Shown piece after piece: positions 39,949 through 52,900 of a stretch of DNA of 64,000 nucleotides; positions within the stretch are counted from its first letter, which is position 1, and every line of letters begins with the position of its first letter. Source of the DNA: Rhynchopus sp. YZ270_cl-10. Taxonomy: Eukaryota. Location of the stretch: positions 124,001 to 188,000 of the forward strand of contig OZ037839.1 of assembly GCA_964035575.1 (NCBI GenBank), given 5' to 3'. The notes beneath the pieces were generated by a model. The model was given only the letters and a program-made list of their open reading frames with translations. It ran no database searches and had not been told where the DNA came from. The position numbers and the translations under genes were made by a program.

Positions 39949-41370
39949 AAAGGGCCGATGGAGGGTTCCGAGATGGCGATAGCCTGCGACACTATGTCAT
40001 GGGAAGGTGGGATACTAGCTTGCGCCGCAGGCGCACGGTACGCTACTTTTATTGTTTCGGCGTATCCTTTTTTCTCACTCTTCGTTGGGTTCTACGAGCT
40101 CCGCCCGTCAAATGGTGGGGTGTAAAATTCGCATCTACGCAAACTGCCCCACGTTCCTTTTGTACTTTTCCTTCAGAAGTCAAATACTGACCATATTTTG
40201 CACACAGAACCTGAAAATGGCCTGTAAAACCTGACACATGCGTTTTAGGTCAAAAAATACTCATTTCTGAGCGCAAAGTGACCCCATCACAGCACGTACA
40301 GGCTCCGCTGCACCGAAAACAAAATTTTTTTTTTGAGAAAAGTTCGATTTCGGCCTCGAAAATACCCGTGACACCGATTTGTCACGGAATTTTGTCACGG
40401 AATTTTTTTGAAAGATTCGATTTCGTGACAAAAAAAGTTCGATTTCGTGACAAGCCGATTTTTTCATTGACACACAAAATTCAAGTTAGTGACAAATGAC
40501 TTTTTTCATTGACAAAAAAAAATTCGATTTCGTGACAAATCCATTTTTCACGGGTTGCCGACGATCGTAGTACGAAATTTTACGATCGTAGCCTTTTTTT
40601 CCTCGTACTACGAAAATTTACGATCGTACTACGAAAATTTACGATCGTAAAATTTCGTAAAATCTCGTAGTGGTGTCGTTGCCGGTGGCTATTGCCTCCC
40701 AGGGAAAGGGACTCTCGAATTTTTTTTTTCGCCCCTAAAGAGGGCTAATTTCGACGATTTGAGGCCATTAAAAGCAAAATTTGGCACTTTTGAGCATCTG
40801 TGGGGGTCTAAAACGCGGTTCCGCGAACCCAAAATTTCGTGATTTTTACCAAAGACAAGTCGATTTTTGAAAAAATCTCAAAAAAAAAAATCCCAAAAAT
40901 TTTTTTCACAAGTGTTTTTGAGGCCTGCTCACTACACCCTAGGTACCCTTCTGGGACCCAAAAGTCAAAAAAAGCAAGAATTGGGCTGTTTTGAGCATCT
41001 AGAGTTAATTCCCCAGTCATTTTCTGTACCACCAGTGCACTTTGTATGGGCCAGCGCCTTGTCAAAAAATCGAAAAATCTCAAAAAAAAAATTTTTTTTT
41101 CGGGAAAATTTCGACCCCTGAGTTGGGTTTTTGGGCACCAAAAAGTGCAAAAAAACAGAGCAGCAAAATTGGGTGTTTTGACGATCTGGGGGTAAACCAT
41201 ATGCACTACTACAGGGGCCCACAATATCGACTTTTCCTTAGCAAATTCCTTGGAGTATTGAAACAAATAAAAAAAAGGGAAAAGTCACTTAGTGCCCAAG
41301 TTTGTTGTACCCATTTAGGATAATACCCAGTCACGGCAGTGGGTATTATCCTAAAGTATTTTGGGTATTA

Positions 41371-41573
41371 TGGGTACTGGGTACTGGGTACTGGGTACTG
41401 GGTACTGGGTACTGGGTACTGGGTACTGGGTACTGGGTACTGGGTACTGGGTACTGGGTACTGGGTACTGGGTACTGGGTACTGGGTACTGGGTACTGGG
41501 TACTGGGTACTGGGTACTGGGTACTGGGTACTGGGTACTGGGTACTGGGTACTGGGTACTGGGTACTGGGTAC
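41371..41573 (-). repeat. 7-bp satellite (TGGGTAC)n, ~29 units, inside the TIR element
   Basis: Visible array. The homologous site at ~57598-57621 has only ~3 units. Confidence 0.97.
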
Positions 41574-41701
41574 CCAGAGAAGGCACCTTGACAGCAGCGA
41601 AGGCGCAAGACAAGGTATGTAAATATGTTTAACTTTCTGGTGAATATTCAACAAAATAAGGCCGTCGACTCGTATTTCCTCCAAAAAGTCTCCATAACAA
41701 T

Positions 41702-43066
41702 CATACAATGCAACGAGGCCGGGTACGCCTGAAAATACTCGTATCTGGAAAATATATCTGAGGCGTGCCTGAGGCGTCACTGAGGCGTGCCTGAGGCGTA
41801 CTCGGGATTAGTTACGTTTAAGTACGCCTCAGGCACGCCTGAGTATATATCAACGCATACTTGCGTTTCAGGCGCCTGGTGTGGATTTTTTCCCCGCAAA
41901 ATGGGCCTCTGATGAATTTCGGAGCGATCTGAAAAAATTCCGGGGTCGGACAATTTTTTTAGCAAAAAATATATTTCTGCCGATATATAAAATTATTACG
42001 CACAGGTCATCACGTTTCTAAGGCATGCCATGTATTTTCCCCACCCCCTGAAATGTGCTGAAATCAACTTTCGGTGTCCTGCTGAGAAAATTGCGGGGTC
42101 GCAAGATATTTTTAGTGGAAAAATATCATGGTCACTGCCTACAGTAAACTGTCTACTAAAAAGAGGCTTCGCAGAAGATGCGTCATACCTCGGTTATGTA
42201 CGAAAAAGTCTTTTGGTCACCCCATAGTTGTATTTTAATTAGAGCTGTGGTCTGTGGATGAAGGAGACCTGTGTATGATTTTAGGATCTCGATGGGATCT
42301 TTCTAGTGTTGGAGGATCCAGCCTTGTATGAGCCTCTTCCGTCTTGCATCAAGTTGGGCCGCGAAGGGCCCAGTCGAAAATCACCCCCGAGATTTGTTTC
42401 CAATGATTTTTGAACCAATGAAATACCCGAATGTACCACCAAAATATATATCATCAGCACCAAAGCTTAGCGAACCCTTTTCATTTTTTCGACTCGCTCG
42501 GCCCAGAGGCACATTTTTCATCGTGCGACCCCGCATTTAAAAGATTTTGCTACCTCTGAATCGAAAGCCACAAAATTTGGGGCGAAATACTTTTTTGTTC
42601 ATGACCAAAATGCTGGTAAGAATATAAATATACTCAGGCGTGCCTGAGGCGTACTTAAACGTAACTAATCCCGAGTACGCCTCAGGCACGCCTGAGTATT
42701 TATTTTTTGTATACAACAGACGAAGCGGTACGCGTACGGTTGTAAAGAAATAATACAGACCGAAATGTTTGGGCGTCTTCGGTTCGAATGATTGGAATTG
42801 TGTGTGTAGTTCAGACATAAATACTGGCTCTTCTATCTTGTTCTTTTATTCATTGTTTTCCTTTCATTGCCCTTTGCTTGTGCTCCCCGACTCCAATTCA
42901 ACCAACACTTACAGAGGGGGGTCAAAAAGTTATTAGCGTTTTTCATTTTAAAAAAAAAAAAAAAGGATGCGTCCAATGAAAATCACGTCGTGTAGAAGAG
43001 TTCAAGAATGTAGGTTTTATTATTTCAGGCCTTGGCGAGGCCGACTCGGCCTCGTTGCATTGTATG
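41702..43066. mobile_element. Nested non-autonomous TIR element (20-bp TIR CATACAATGCAACGAGGCCG, 6-bp TSD AACAAT)
   Basis: TSD at 41696-41701 and 43067-43072. The empty site CCATAACAATATTTTAC is present, reversed, at ~57466-57482. Internal inverted CCTGAGGCG arrays at ~41755-41850 and ~42628-42700. Confidence 0.92.
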
Positions 43067-44805
43067 AACAATATTTTACACCCTCAGGCCAACTTATTTT
43101 TTAAAGAAATCACCTTCTTTAAATTCCCCACCACTCACAACTTCACTTTTAAACAGGTATCGCGAGTGCAACATCGAGAACCAACTGTGCAGAACGAGCG
43201 AACATATGGGGTGGAAAGGGGAGTGGGAACACTCTGTCAGTCACTGCTATAGCCATTAACCCAGGGAGCATAGCTAGTGCAAGAAATTCGACTTCGGGAT
43301 CCGGAAAGTCTGTCCTCTGCTTGCGGAGGACTAGGCACAAGAAAATATTGCGTTCCCCCAGAAAACTAATTTTTGTCAGAGTAATTTTTGCCCAGGGCAT
43401 GCTCTTGAAGCATGGCGGCTCGGTGTGAGAAGGGGCAGTGTATTGTTTTGTTCTAGATTTCAACGGTTGTTAGAACGAGTCAAGTGGATGCTTATCTAAA
43501 CACTGACTTTAGTACAGACCCGAGAGATCACACATGACTTTGAGGAAAGAACAAAGCAATGCATCTGTACCCGCACGCCAGGTTGTAGTTACTTCAGAAT
43601 TTTCTTGAGTTTGCATGAACGAGGAGGGGATGATTCATTCTTCGGGAACGCCTAGTATACCATGGAATGATCATCTCAAAAAAACATGTGGGGGCTGAAT
43701 TCATATCCCTTAGAATTGCGAATTCAGCCTTTGCAGAAGGTACGTCTTACTTGTACTTGTACTTGTACTTGTACTTGTATGCCGTGTCACCCTTCTCAAC
43801 CTTACCGGTTCACAGCTCGCAAGAGCAGTGTAACCCTTCTCGCTATTGCAAACTTAAGAATTTTCTGCTGTAACTTACCAAAATCGATTTTCTTTCACCC
43901 CAAACACCCGCAACACCCCACCTGCTACTTCGGTAGCCTGTGTTGTTGGGAGTTGGTTCTCATGTTGATCCCCAGTGACTGTCTAGCACTGCTTCTTCTG
44001 AGCCCAACGTTGTTTGGCCTGTCGACGTAATAAATACGAAGACAGGGCGGCGGTGCCAACAATTTTCCAATGATGTAACGTTTTATCTGATTGATTATCG
44101 TTTGATATACCTTGTGTGTGCTTCATGCACACCATGCAAGGAATATCGAACGGTATTTCAAGCGATATTCGTTATTTCGTTTGGCAAACGTACTACGATC
44201 GTAAAATTTCGTAAAATTTCGTCTACGATCGTACTACGATCGTTTACGATCGTAAAATTTCGTAGTACGAAATTTTACGAAATTTTACGATCGTAAAATT
44301 TTACGATCGTAAAATTTCGTACTACGATCGTCGGCAACCCGTGATTTTTTCATTGACAAAAAAATGTCATTGAAAAAAATGGATTTTGTCAAGGAAAAAG
44401 TCGTGACAGCCAACCCGCCAGTCACTGAAAAGTGACCAGACAGCCACTTGACAAACACAAAAAAGGCCATTCTTGAGCTGTCTAGAAACCTAAGGGCAGA
44501 GACTGAAGACACAAGGTATGATAACTTTATGATTATGCAAGACTTAGTATATCGCGAACACGGTCAGGCTTGCACGCCTCTGGCCAGAGGCCAGCCCCAC
44601 TAAATGATATGCAGCAGACACTCATTGCAGATTTCATTTTCATTCGGTAAAAAATTAATGGGTGCGCAAGTTTCTATACCTAATACCCCAACCCTCACCC
44701 ATACATTCCATTACACACACCAAAACAGATCGAATCCACCAGCGCATGCGACGGAAGCAGATTCAGATTGTGGTTTGATAAGCAGAGTTCGGTTATTATG
44801 GTGGT

Positions 44806-45560
44806 GGAAAGGGGGGTGGGAACACTTTGTCAGTCACTGCTATAGCCATTAACCAGGGAGCATAGCTAGTGCAAGAAATTCGACTTTGGAAACCTTCCGG
44901 AAAGTCTGTCCTCTGCTTCCGGAGGACTAGACACAAGAAAATATTGTTTGTTCCCCCAGAAAACCAGTGCACAATTCACACTCCTTGTGGTCTTGTTGCC
45001 TTTTCGTCATAGTAATTTTGGCCCAGGCATGCTCTCGAAGCATGACAATTTAGTGTGTATGGGGCAGGGTGTTGTTTTGTTCTGAATTCTCTTTGTTATA
45101 ACATCTAAGTCAATCGCGGGTGGTGGTTTGTGTAGCGTGAGGCACTCTTTTTAGCAAACTTCCTGCGGCTGCTAAAGTGTTATTTCTTCGGATTTAACAA
45201 CGTACAGCGTAACATAGTGGTTTAGCCTGGTCGACACAACCTTTGATAGATATGGGATAACCAACCCCCTTCGACCCCTTGTGGGTTCACTGAACAAGCC
45301 CTAGTGGTAGTTAAACGCGATTGACATTTACATTCCTAGAGATGAAAGAACAAGATAACACTTCTGTACCCGCGCATCAAAATTGTGGAAAACTTTGCAC
45401 CCCAAACACCCTCAACAACGCCCGCCAAAAGGCGCCCCTTGTTGCTGGGAGTTGGTTCTCATGTTTGATACACTGCACAGCAGGCATTCCTCTGAGTCCA
45501 ACGCATGTTTGGCCTGTCTGCGGCGTTGTACTTAAGGTGCACGAAGACAGGGTCTGGTGG
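44806..45560 (+). repeat. Diverged internal fragments of the CACGGG element family
   Basis: Similar to 43207-43460 and to parts of 43530-44050. Confidence 0.7.
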
Positions 45561-47379
45561 TAAATTTTGCGTAGTACTGCGACGTGGTACTACGTGGGTC
45601 TGGGAACCTGGTACCTGGGTACAGGATATTTGTTGTAAAGACATCTTCCACCATGCATTGAGGAGGGTAAGACAGTGTTCGCAGTTTCTACCTGATAGCA
45701 TTACACATTTAACTTCTCCACGGGGGTCTTGGGCCGTTCATTCGGTTATACCTTGACTACCGGAAGATATTCTTGAGGCCTTTTTGGTCTCTAGAATATC
45801 CGGTCTTCCCGAACGGAGGCACACTTCGTGTGTTACTACGACCTGGCAATTTCCAGCAGTAGGTTAAGTAATCTTTCTTGTAAATTGTTGGATCATTATC
45901 TCCTCAGTGCATGAATGCCCCACGTGACTGGACACTTTTGTGTTTGTCATGTGGAGCTGTGGTTGCTCTTTCACGACTTTTATCCTTGTATCCAGTGTAT
46001 GCAGTACCCAGTGCCCTGTCACGACTTTTTCCGTGACAAAAAGTTTGGTTTCCTTGACAAAATCCATTTCTGTCACGACTTTTTCCGTGACAAAAAGTTC
46101 GGTTTCCTTGACAAAATCCATTTTTTCATTGACATTTTTTTGTCACTGAATTTTTGGATTTGTCACGAAATCGAATTTTTTTTGTCAATGAAAAAATCGG
46201 TTTGTCACGAAATCGAATTTTGTGTGTCAATGAAAAAATCGGTTTGTCACGAAATCGATTTTTTTTTGTCACGAAATCGAATCTTTCAAAAAAATTCCGT
46301 GACAAAATTCCGTGACAAATCGGTGTCACGGTAATTTTCGAGGCCGAAATCGAACTTTTCTCTTTTTTTTTTTGATTTTTTGTGGGTAAAAATTTCTGGG
46401 GAAAATTTATGGCCACAAAAAACCACCAAAAAAGATGTACACAAAATAATTTTAGCACCCCCCAAAAAAAAAGGTGTAAAAAAGGTCCTTCTAAGGTCCT
46501 TCTAAGGTATACCACTACCCTTGTATAGGTCACACCAACAACTAGAGAAGATATTATTTTTGCTGTTGTAGGGCCGCAGTGCGTGTGGTCACATTTTTCT
46601 CTTCCCCCACCCCAGTGTCTTATCCAGGAATCCAGATTTCAAGGGGGTCAGATTGTTTTGTTGCCCAATATTATTTCCAGCCTGCTGACCAGGGAACATT
46701 GGGAACTGTATATGGCGCGGAAAAAAAATTGGAGCGGGGTGTAAAAATCTAGCTTTTTACACCACAGAGTCACTCAACGAACCCTTTTTTGCGGAGCAAA
46801 AAAGGGAAAATGGCGCCGCAGGCAAAAATTTTTTAGGGTACAGCTTTCATGGTGCGGTCAGCAACCCAGTTCCCCAGAGAACTCCCGTGGTTCAACCACG
46901 TTTCTACCATTACTCTTTTGACCCCCCCGGGCGCCCCCATTTCAAAAAGACACTGCCCCATATCCATACGAAAAATTTTTCACCTGCAAAAATAAAATTT
47001 TCTTATAGAAAATCCCAAATCGCAAACCGGATTTAGAGGACAGCATGCACTTGACCTATTAAAAAAAACAGCAGTACACACAAGGAGTCATTTGTGGAAT
47101 TGGGTGACTCGTGAAAACCAATAAACAGTTCACTATGTGGTTTCATTTCCTCCCCCTCTCTTCAAGGGGTATTTTTTTCGGAAGGAAAACCTCTGTTTTA
47201 CTTTCAACGGATAAACTCCGAAGTGCTTGAGAAAAAAACCTCCCCCGGAATTTCATCCGCTGAAAGTGAAGAGTCTTCCCAAAAAAAAGTTCACAAAAAG
47301 CAAAGGTATTCTAAAGACCAAACGACCTTTTAAGGTTTGTATAGAGTTTATATTATTTTTCAGCATGTGTTTGTTGATG

Positions 47380-48210
47380 CACGGCACCTCCGACTGACCC
47401 ACATACGATGCCAGCCATCCGGATGAAAGCACAAGTACCCTGCGGCCAACAACAGAAGATGTAAAAAGGAAACCTAATGACTGGCCCGTACCGTAAGAGA
47501 ACGAGGGCGGTTCACAACCGCTCGTCAGACGGCGGCCCATCTGCCGCGGTAGAGTTGTGAGCTCACAGGTACCCCCGTTCGCTTCACCCAACTCTTAGTG
47601 AACAATAGTCGAGACAAGAGAGCGGAAACCCAAAAACACAAAAAGGGGTGGGTGGGGGAGTCACAACATCTCTCTCTTGGCGTCCCATGTCTGTACCGGC
47701 AGTTGGGCCTCACCCTTTCTCTTAGGGACATATACATGGACGTCCTTACAGGCAGTACACCGTAACCTATAGGCGTAGCAACCGAAGACCTGGCCTGACC
47801 GTTTGTCGCTGTTTCATGCTCCGGGTGCGAGCACCCGCCATAGCATGGGGAAGCCACGGCCCAGCATTTAACCTGCTAGGGTTTAACTTTACATCAGAAA
47901 TAAAAGTCAAAACCTGTCAACAGAAAAAGAGAGAAAACGAATGACCAAGGGGGGTAGCAATACACATGTTGAAACACCGCGGTGCCAATAGATGTCTTCA
48001 CCCACACAGGAAAAACGGGAATCGGGAAAAGGAACAGCAAGAGAATTTGTTAGTTGTACGCTTCCACTTTATTTGAAAACTGATATGTTTACAAAAAAAG
48101 AGCCAAAAAGACAAGGAAAGAAAGTGAAAGTCCTGAAGTACAGAAGGTGATATGAGAAGGGAGGAGCACAAATGAGGGTGAAAAACAGTTAGAGCGACCT
48201 TAGCATCTCC
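47380..48210 (+). repeat. Diverged copy of the array intergenic spacer (homologous to ~11530-11765 and ~11925-12065)
   Basis: Shared GCACCTCCGACTGACCCAC... and TTGAAAACTGATATGTTTAC...GTTAGAGCGACC blocks. Confidence 0.85.
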
Positions 48211-49982
48211 CGTGTTAACTGCGTTTTTGACCTATAAAAAAAAACTGTTTGCTAAAGTTTGCCCTAATTGCTAAGACAAAAGAACAGGGTGTGCTGCCGA
48301 AAACTTCTCACTAAGCTTTCGAAACCACTGGAGCAGGCACGTGCTTTGCAAGGTGGGGGTGCGTCTGGTGTGATCGACGACGAGTTTCGTCTCAGTATAG
48401 AAAGGGAATATTTGATGGGTGAAGATCATAACTTCCTTGGTTGCAAAATATATCCGTTGTGCTTGATCAAGATCTCGACCGTTTGTTGCATTGCACGCTT
48501 CCACTCTTTTTTTGTTTTTGTTGTTTGTAGTGTAAATTTAGTTGCCTCGGTTGTGTTGCCACAGTTGTGTCAATCTCCACTGTCCGTTTTTTTTTTTTTT
48601 TTTGAAAAACTGTTATTTCCAGCACACGCGGATTGTATCAGTGTGTGATGGTTATGATTATTGCCTGAAGTACAGAAAATGGGAGTGTCGGTGGCGGAGC
48701 ACAAAAGGGTAAAATGAAAAACATATCGGGTGGGGTCTCTGATCTATCTGTGTGGCGTATATATTTCCCCTAACACTCCAGGTTTGGCCAGGGCCTCTCC
48801 AGCGTGTCAGTTGCAAATATAAAAAAAACTAAAAAATAATGGTGTGGCCGGACCCGACGGTTTAGACCCTTTTGGGCCATTCTTGGGCCGTATGTTTTTA
48901 GGTGTTTTTTTTTTCAACTTTTTGGTTCGATTTGTACTTTTAGGATCCGCCCGTGCAGTGGTGAGGTCAATCTCGAAAATTGGACCATTTTTTGACCACT
49001 TAAAATTTGCAAAATATGAGCCCGGTCACAGGTGGGGCCCACTTTCGGACAAACTTCCCCCAAAATCAGGAGTTGCAATAGAGACCGTAGCGGGCGACGA
49101 GACTGGTCGTGTGAGGTCAACTCCATTCTTGGTGGTTGTTTTGCATCCCTCACACATGATAAATCTCCTTTTGGATCGACCCACTGGTGAGTCCTTGGTG
49201 GTTACTTCGTCTCCTTTCCTCTGCTCCACCCTGGTGGCGTATTATTTAAGAAGTCGGCTAGAGAATTGCTGCTTCTCGGGGAGTAGTGGGTGTGGGAGAA
49301 TAGTTTGACAAAGGGACAATAAACCTTGTTTTTCGGATCATCAAAATTCAATTTCCCCCTTTCACTTACCCTAATATAGGGGCGCCTTAACGAGGGGAAA
49401 AAGATATTATCAGTCAGACAGTCCCTCATTCATGGATCTTGGCTTCCTGAATATCGGAAATAAAGTGACCAGCTGTACCAACTGTAGTTAAGGGGATCCA
49501 TACGATACTTCTGCCAGGGACGCCTTATGACGGACGGGCCTTATGTCCTCTGAGGTGAACTGCTAGGCTCCTTGAAATCAAGCAGTACTCATCGTCAATA
49601 GGGATTCCCCTTAAGTGCTCCCATCCAGGAAAAACCGATTGTTACCGCCATGATATGATGTTCTGGAATATTCCTAACCGAAGGGTGCGGAGCACTCAAT
49701 TTTCCTCTTTGCAAAAATGCCTCCCGGTCTGCCCTCGAGTAAAAACGACTGCAAAATAAACACCGGTTCAAAAATTCAAAAAGGGACCCTAGACCCTTTT
49801 GGGCCATTATTAGTCCATCCAAAACCCGACAATCCGCCAACCCAAATACGATTCAAAAGTGAAATTGATAGACACTGTTTTCGCGACACAACAAACGAAA
49901 GAATTTCTTCCAAACAATAAAAAGGTTACACACAACGTGTTCCCCAAGAGGAAACAAAGCACCTATCACGCAGCATGCATGC

Positions 49983-52900
49983 TCACAGCTTCCACACCAC
50001 AAGGGTGCCGTCACGGCTCACAGTTGCCAGGCGTGTGCCATCGGGGGAGAAGTCCAGGCGTGGCAGGACAGCCTGCGAGTGTCCCAGCAGGTCGTGCAGC
50101 ACAGACCCGTTGTGCGACCACACCATCACGTCACCCTCGCCCACAGCAGCAATCATCTTCCCGTCGCGTGAGAACTTGCTGTCGTGCACAGCACCCGACA
50201 GCATGCTCAGAGACACACCGTCCACAGCACTGCCGTCACCAATCGAGCTCCCGGGCAGCTGCGACACAAGGATCGTCCCGTCGCTCATCCCACGCAGGAG
50301 CGCGTTCCCACCAAAGGACGAGAAGGACAGTGCCGTCACACGTGCGGCAACAGAGGGCAGCTCAACAGCAGGTATCCCGTCCAGCCCCCACACAGTCGTC
50401 ACCTCGTCCACCTCAGAACCGCGCACTGTCGCAAGGTGTGCACCGTCCACAGAGAACCCCACGTTGCGTGCATGGTGGTTGATCACAGACGACGCCTTCG
50501 TCCTGTCCGACGCAAGCATGTCGAACACACGTGTGCGTGCATCCTGTCCACCTCCGCTCACCACGTAGCGCCCGTCCCTCGTGAACTCCACACGGTGCAC
50601 AGGTGTGCTCCCCGATGCAGACATGTCCACCAGGGTTGCCGACATCACACCTGTCACAGCGTCGCACACAACCACACGCCCGCCCTCCCCAGCAAGCGCC
50701 ACCAGGTTGTTGTCTGGCGAGAACGCAATGTCGTGCACCCTGAAGCCGTCTACACAGCCCAGCTGTCCCACCCGCACACCCGTGCGTGCGTCAAACACAC
50801 GCACAAAACGGTCTGCTGACCCTGTCGCCACACGACGTCCGTCCCACGAGAACGCCACCGACAGCAGGCGTGCAGGGTGTCTCACCTTAAACGCACACGC
50901 CGATCTTCCCTGCCCGCAACGCTGTGGCACTGTGTCCACCCCACACTGCTCCTGTGGAGGAGGTGTCGGTGCTCTGCATTCGTACTGGAAGGCAAGGTAC
51001 GACCTCCCGTGGTAGTAAGTGCTTCTGAACTGCACAAACGCAGAACCACTCACCACAAGCTCCACACCCTCGAAGCCGGTGGTGTACGAGGACCAGTCAT
51101 GCTCCAAGTTGAAGTTTGTGTCGTTCCCAGTCCCGGTCCCTGAGCTGTAGATGGACACGTAGGAATAGTAGTACAACTGAATGTCAGAGAACTTCAGCAC
51201 AACTTCGTAATCACACTCAATGTGCCAGCACTCCGTGTGGGAGCTGTTGTAGTTCTGAAAGCTCACGTTCCCAGTCGCATTGTCCCCCAGGTCGTTGTGC
51301 TCCTCACAGACGTAGTTCACACCAGGTGCACGTGTGTTTGGCGCAGGTGTGGGTGGTGCTTGAGTGGTCGCATCCACACACACGTAGTTGAACTCAAGTC
51401 TTGACCCGGTGTAGTAAGTGCTACTGAACTGCACAAATGCAGATCCGCTCAGCACAACATCCATGGGATTGTGGTAATAGGTGAACCTCTTCTCAAAGGT
51501 GAAGTCTGTTCCATTTCCAGAATCCTTCCCTGTGTACAGGTCCAGGTAGGAATAGGTGTCCAGCTGCATGGTGGAGAACGAGATGAAAACCTCATTGTCA
51601 CACTCAATGTGCCAGCACTCCGTGTGGTAGCTGTCGTAGTTCTGAAAGCTCACGTTCCCAGTCACATTGTCCCCCAGGTCGTTGTGCTCCTCACAGACGT
51701 AGCTCACACCAGGTGCACGTGTGTTCGGCACAGCTGTGGGTGGTGCTTGAGTGGTCACCACATCCTTACACACGTAGTTGAACTCAACTCTAAGAAACGC
51801 GTAGTACCGATCGCTTCTCACCTGCACAAATGCAGAACCATGCACCACAACATCCATGGGACTGTCGTAATTGTTCAACCTCTTCACCAAGGTGAAGTCT
51901 GTTCCAGAATCGTTCCCTGATGTGTACACGTCCACAAAGGAATAGGTGTACAGCTGCAGGTTGGAGAACGAGATGACAACATCCTTTTCACACTCAATGT
52001 GCCAGCACCTCGTACGTGTATAGTATCCGCCGGGGTTGAGAGAAATCTGAAAGCTCGCGTTCCCAGTCGCATTGCCCAGGTCGCTGTGCTCCTGACAGAT
52101 GTAGTTCACGCCAGGTGCGCGTGTGCTTGGCACATCTGTTGGTGGTGCTTGAGTGGTCGCATCCACACACACGTAGTTGAACTCAAGTCTTGACCACCCG
52201 TTGTAGTAAGTGCTTCTGAACTGCACAAATGCAGAACCGTTCAGCACAACATCCATGGGACTGTCGTAATTGTTAAACCTCTTCTCCAAGGTGAAGTCTG
52301 TTCCATTTCCAGAATCCTTCCCTGTGTACAGGTCCAGGTAGTTATAACTGTCAGCTGCAGATGAGAGAACGAGATGACAACATTCTTGTCACACTCAATG
52401 TGCCAGCACTCCGTGTGGTAGTTGACGTAGTTCTGAAAGCTTACGTTACCAGTCTTGTTGATTCCCAGATCGGTGTGTCCCTCACAGACGTAGTTCACAA
52501 CAGATGCACGTGTGGGCGGTACAGCTGTGGGTGGTGCTTGAGTGGTCGCATCCACACACACGTAGTTGAACTCAAGTCTTGACCACCCGCTGTAGTAAGT
52601 GCTTCTGAACTGCACAAATGCAGAACCGTTCAGCACAACATCCCTGAAACTCTCGTAAGGGCTGAATGCCTTCACCAAGGTGAAGTCTGTTCTATTTCCA
52701 GAATCATTCCCTGATGTGTACAGGTGCAGATAAGATCCTGAGTACAGCTGCAGGTGAGAGAACGAGATGACAACATCCTTGTCACACTCAATGTGCCAGC
52801 ACTCCGTGTGGTATGTGTCGTAGTTCTGAAAGCTCACGTTCCCAGTCACATTGTCACCCAGGTCGTTGTGCTCCTCACAGACGTAGTTCACACCAGGTGC

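Larger units (their letters stand above)
40549..44343. mobile_element. Non-autonomous TIR DNA transposon, copy 1 (termini CACGGGTTGCC...GGCAACCCGTG, 6-bp TSD ATTTTT)
   Basis: Inverted termini of more than 40 bp with subterminal TACGATCGTA arrays. ATTTTT at 40543-40548 and 44344-44349. The interior matches 56213-59172 in reverse. Confidence 0.9.
40335..44410 (+). repeat. GTGACAAA/TTGTCACG-motif repeat element split by the 40549-44343 insertion; an uninterrupted inverted copy lies at ~46009-46365
   Basis: 40335-40548 joined to 44350-44410 aligns with the reverse complement of 46075-46365. Confidence 0.8.

Noticed and set aside
39699..41573. Opposed TACCCAG arrays as the two ends of one element or as telomeres
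   Set aside because: The right array is internal to the CACGGG element, no TSD links the two, and both are interstitial.
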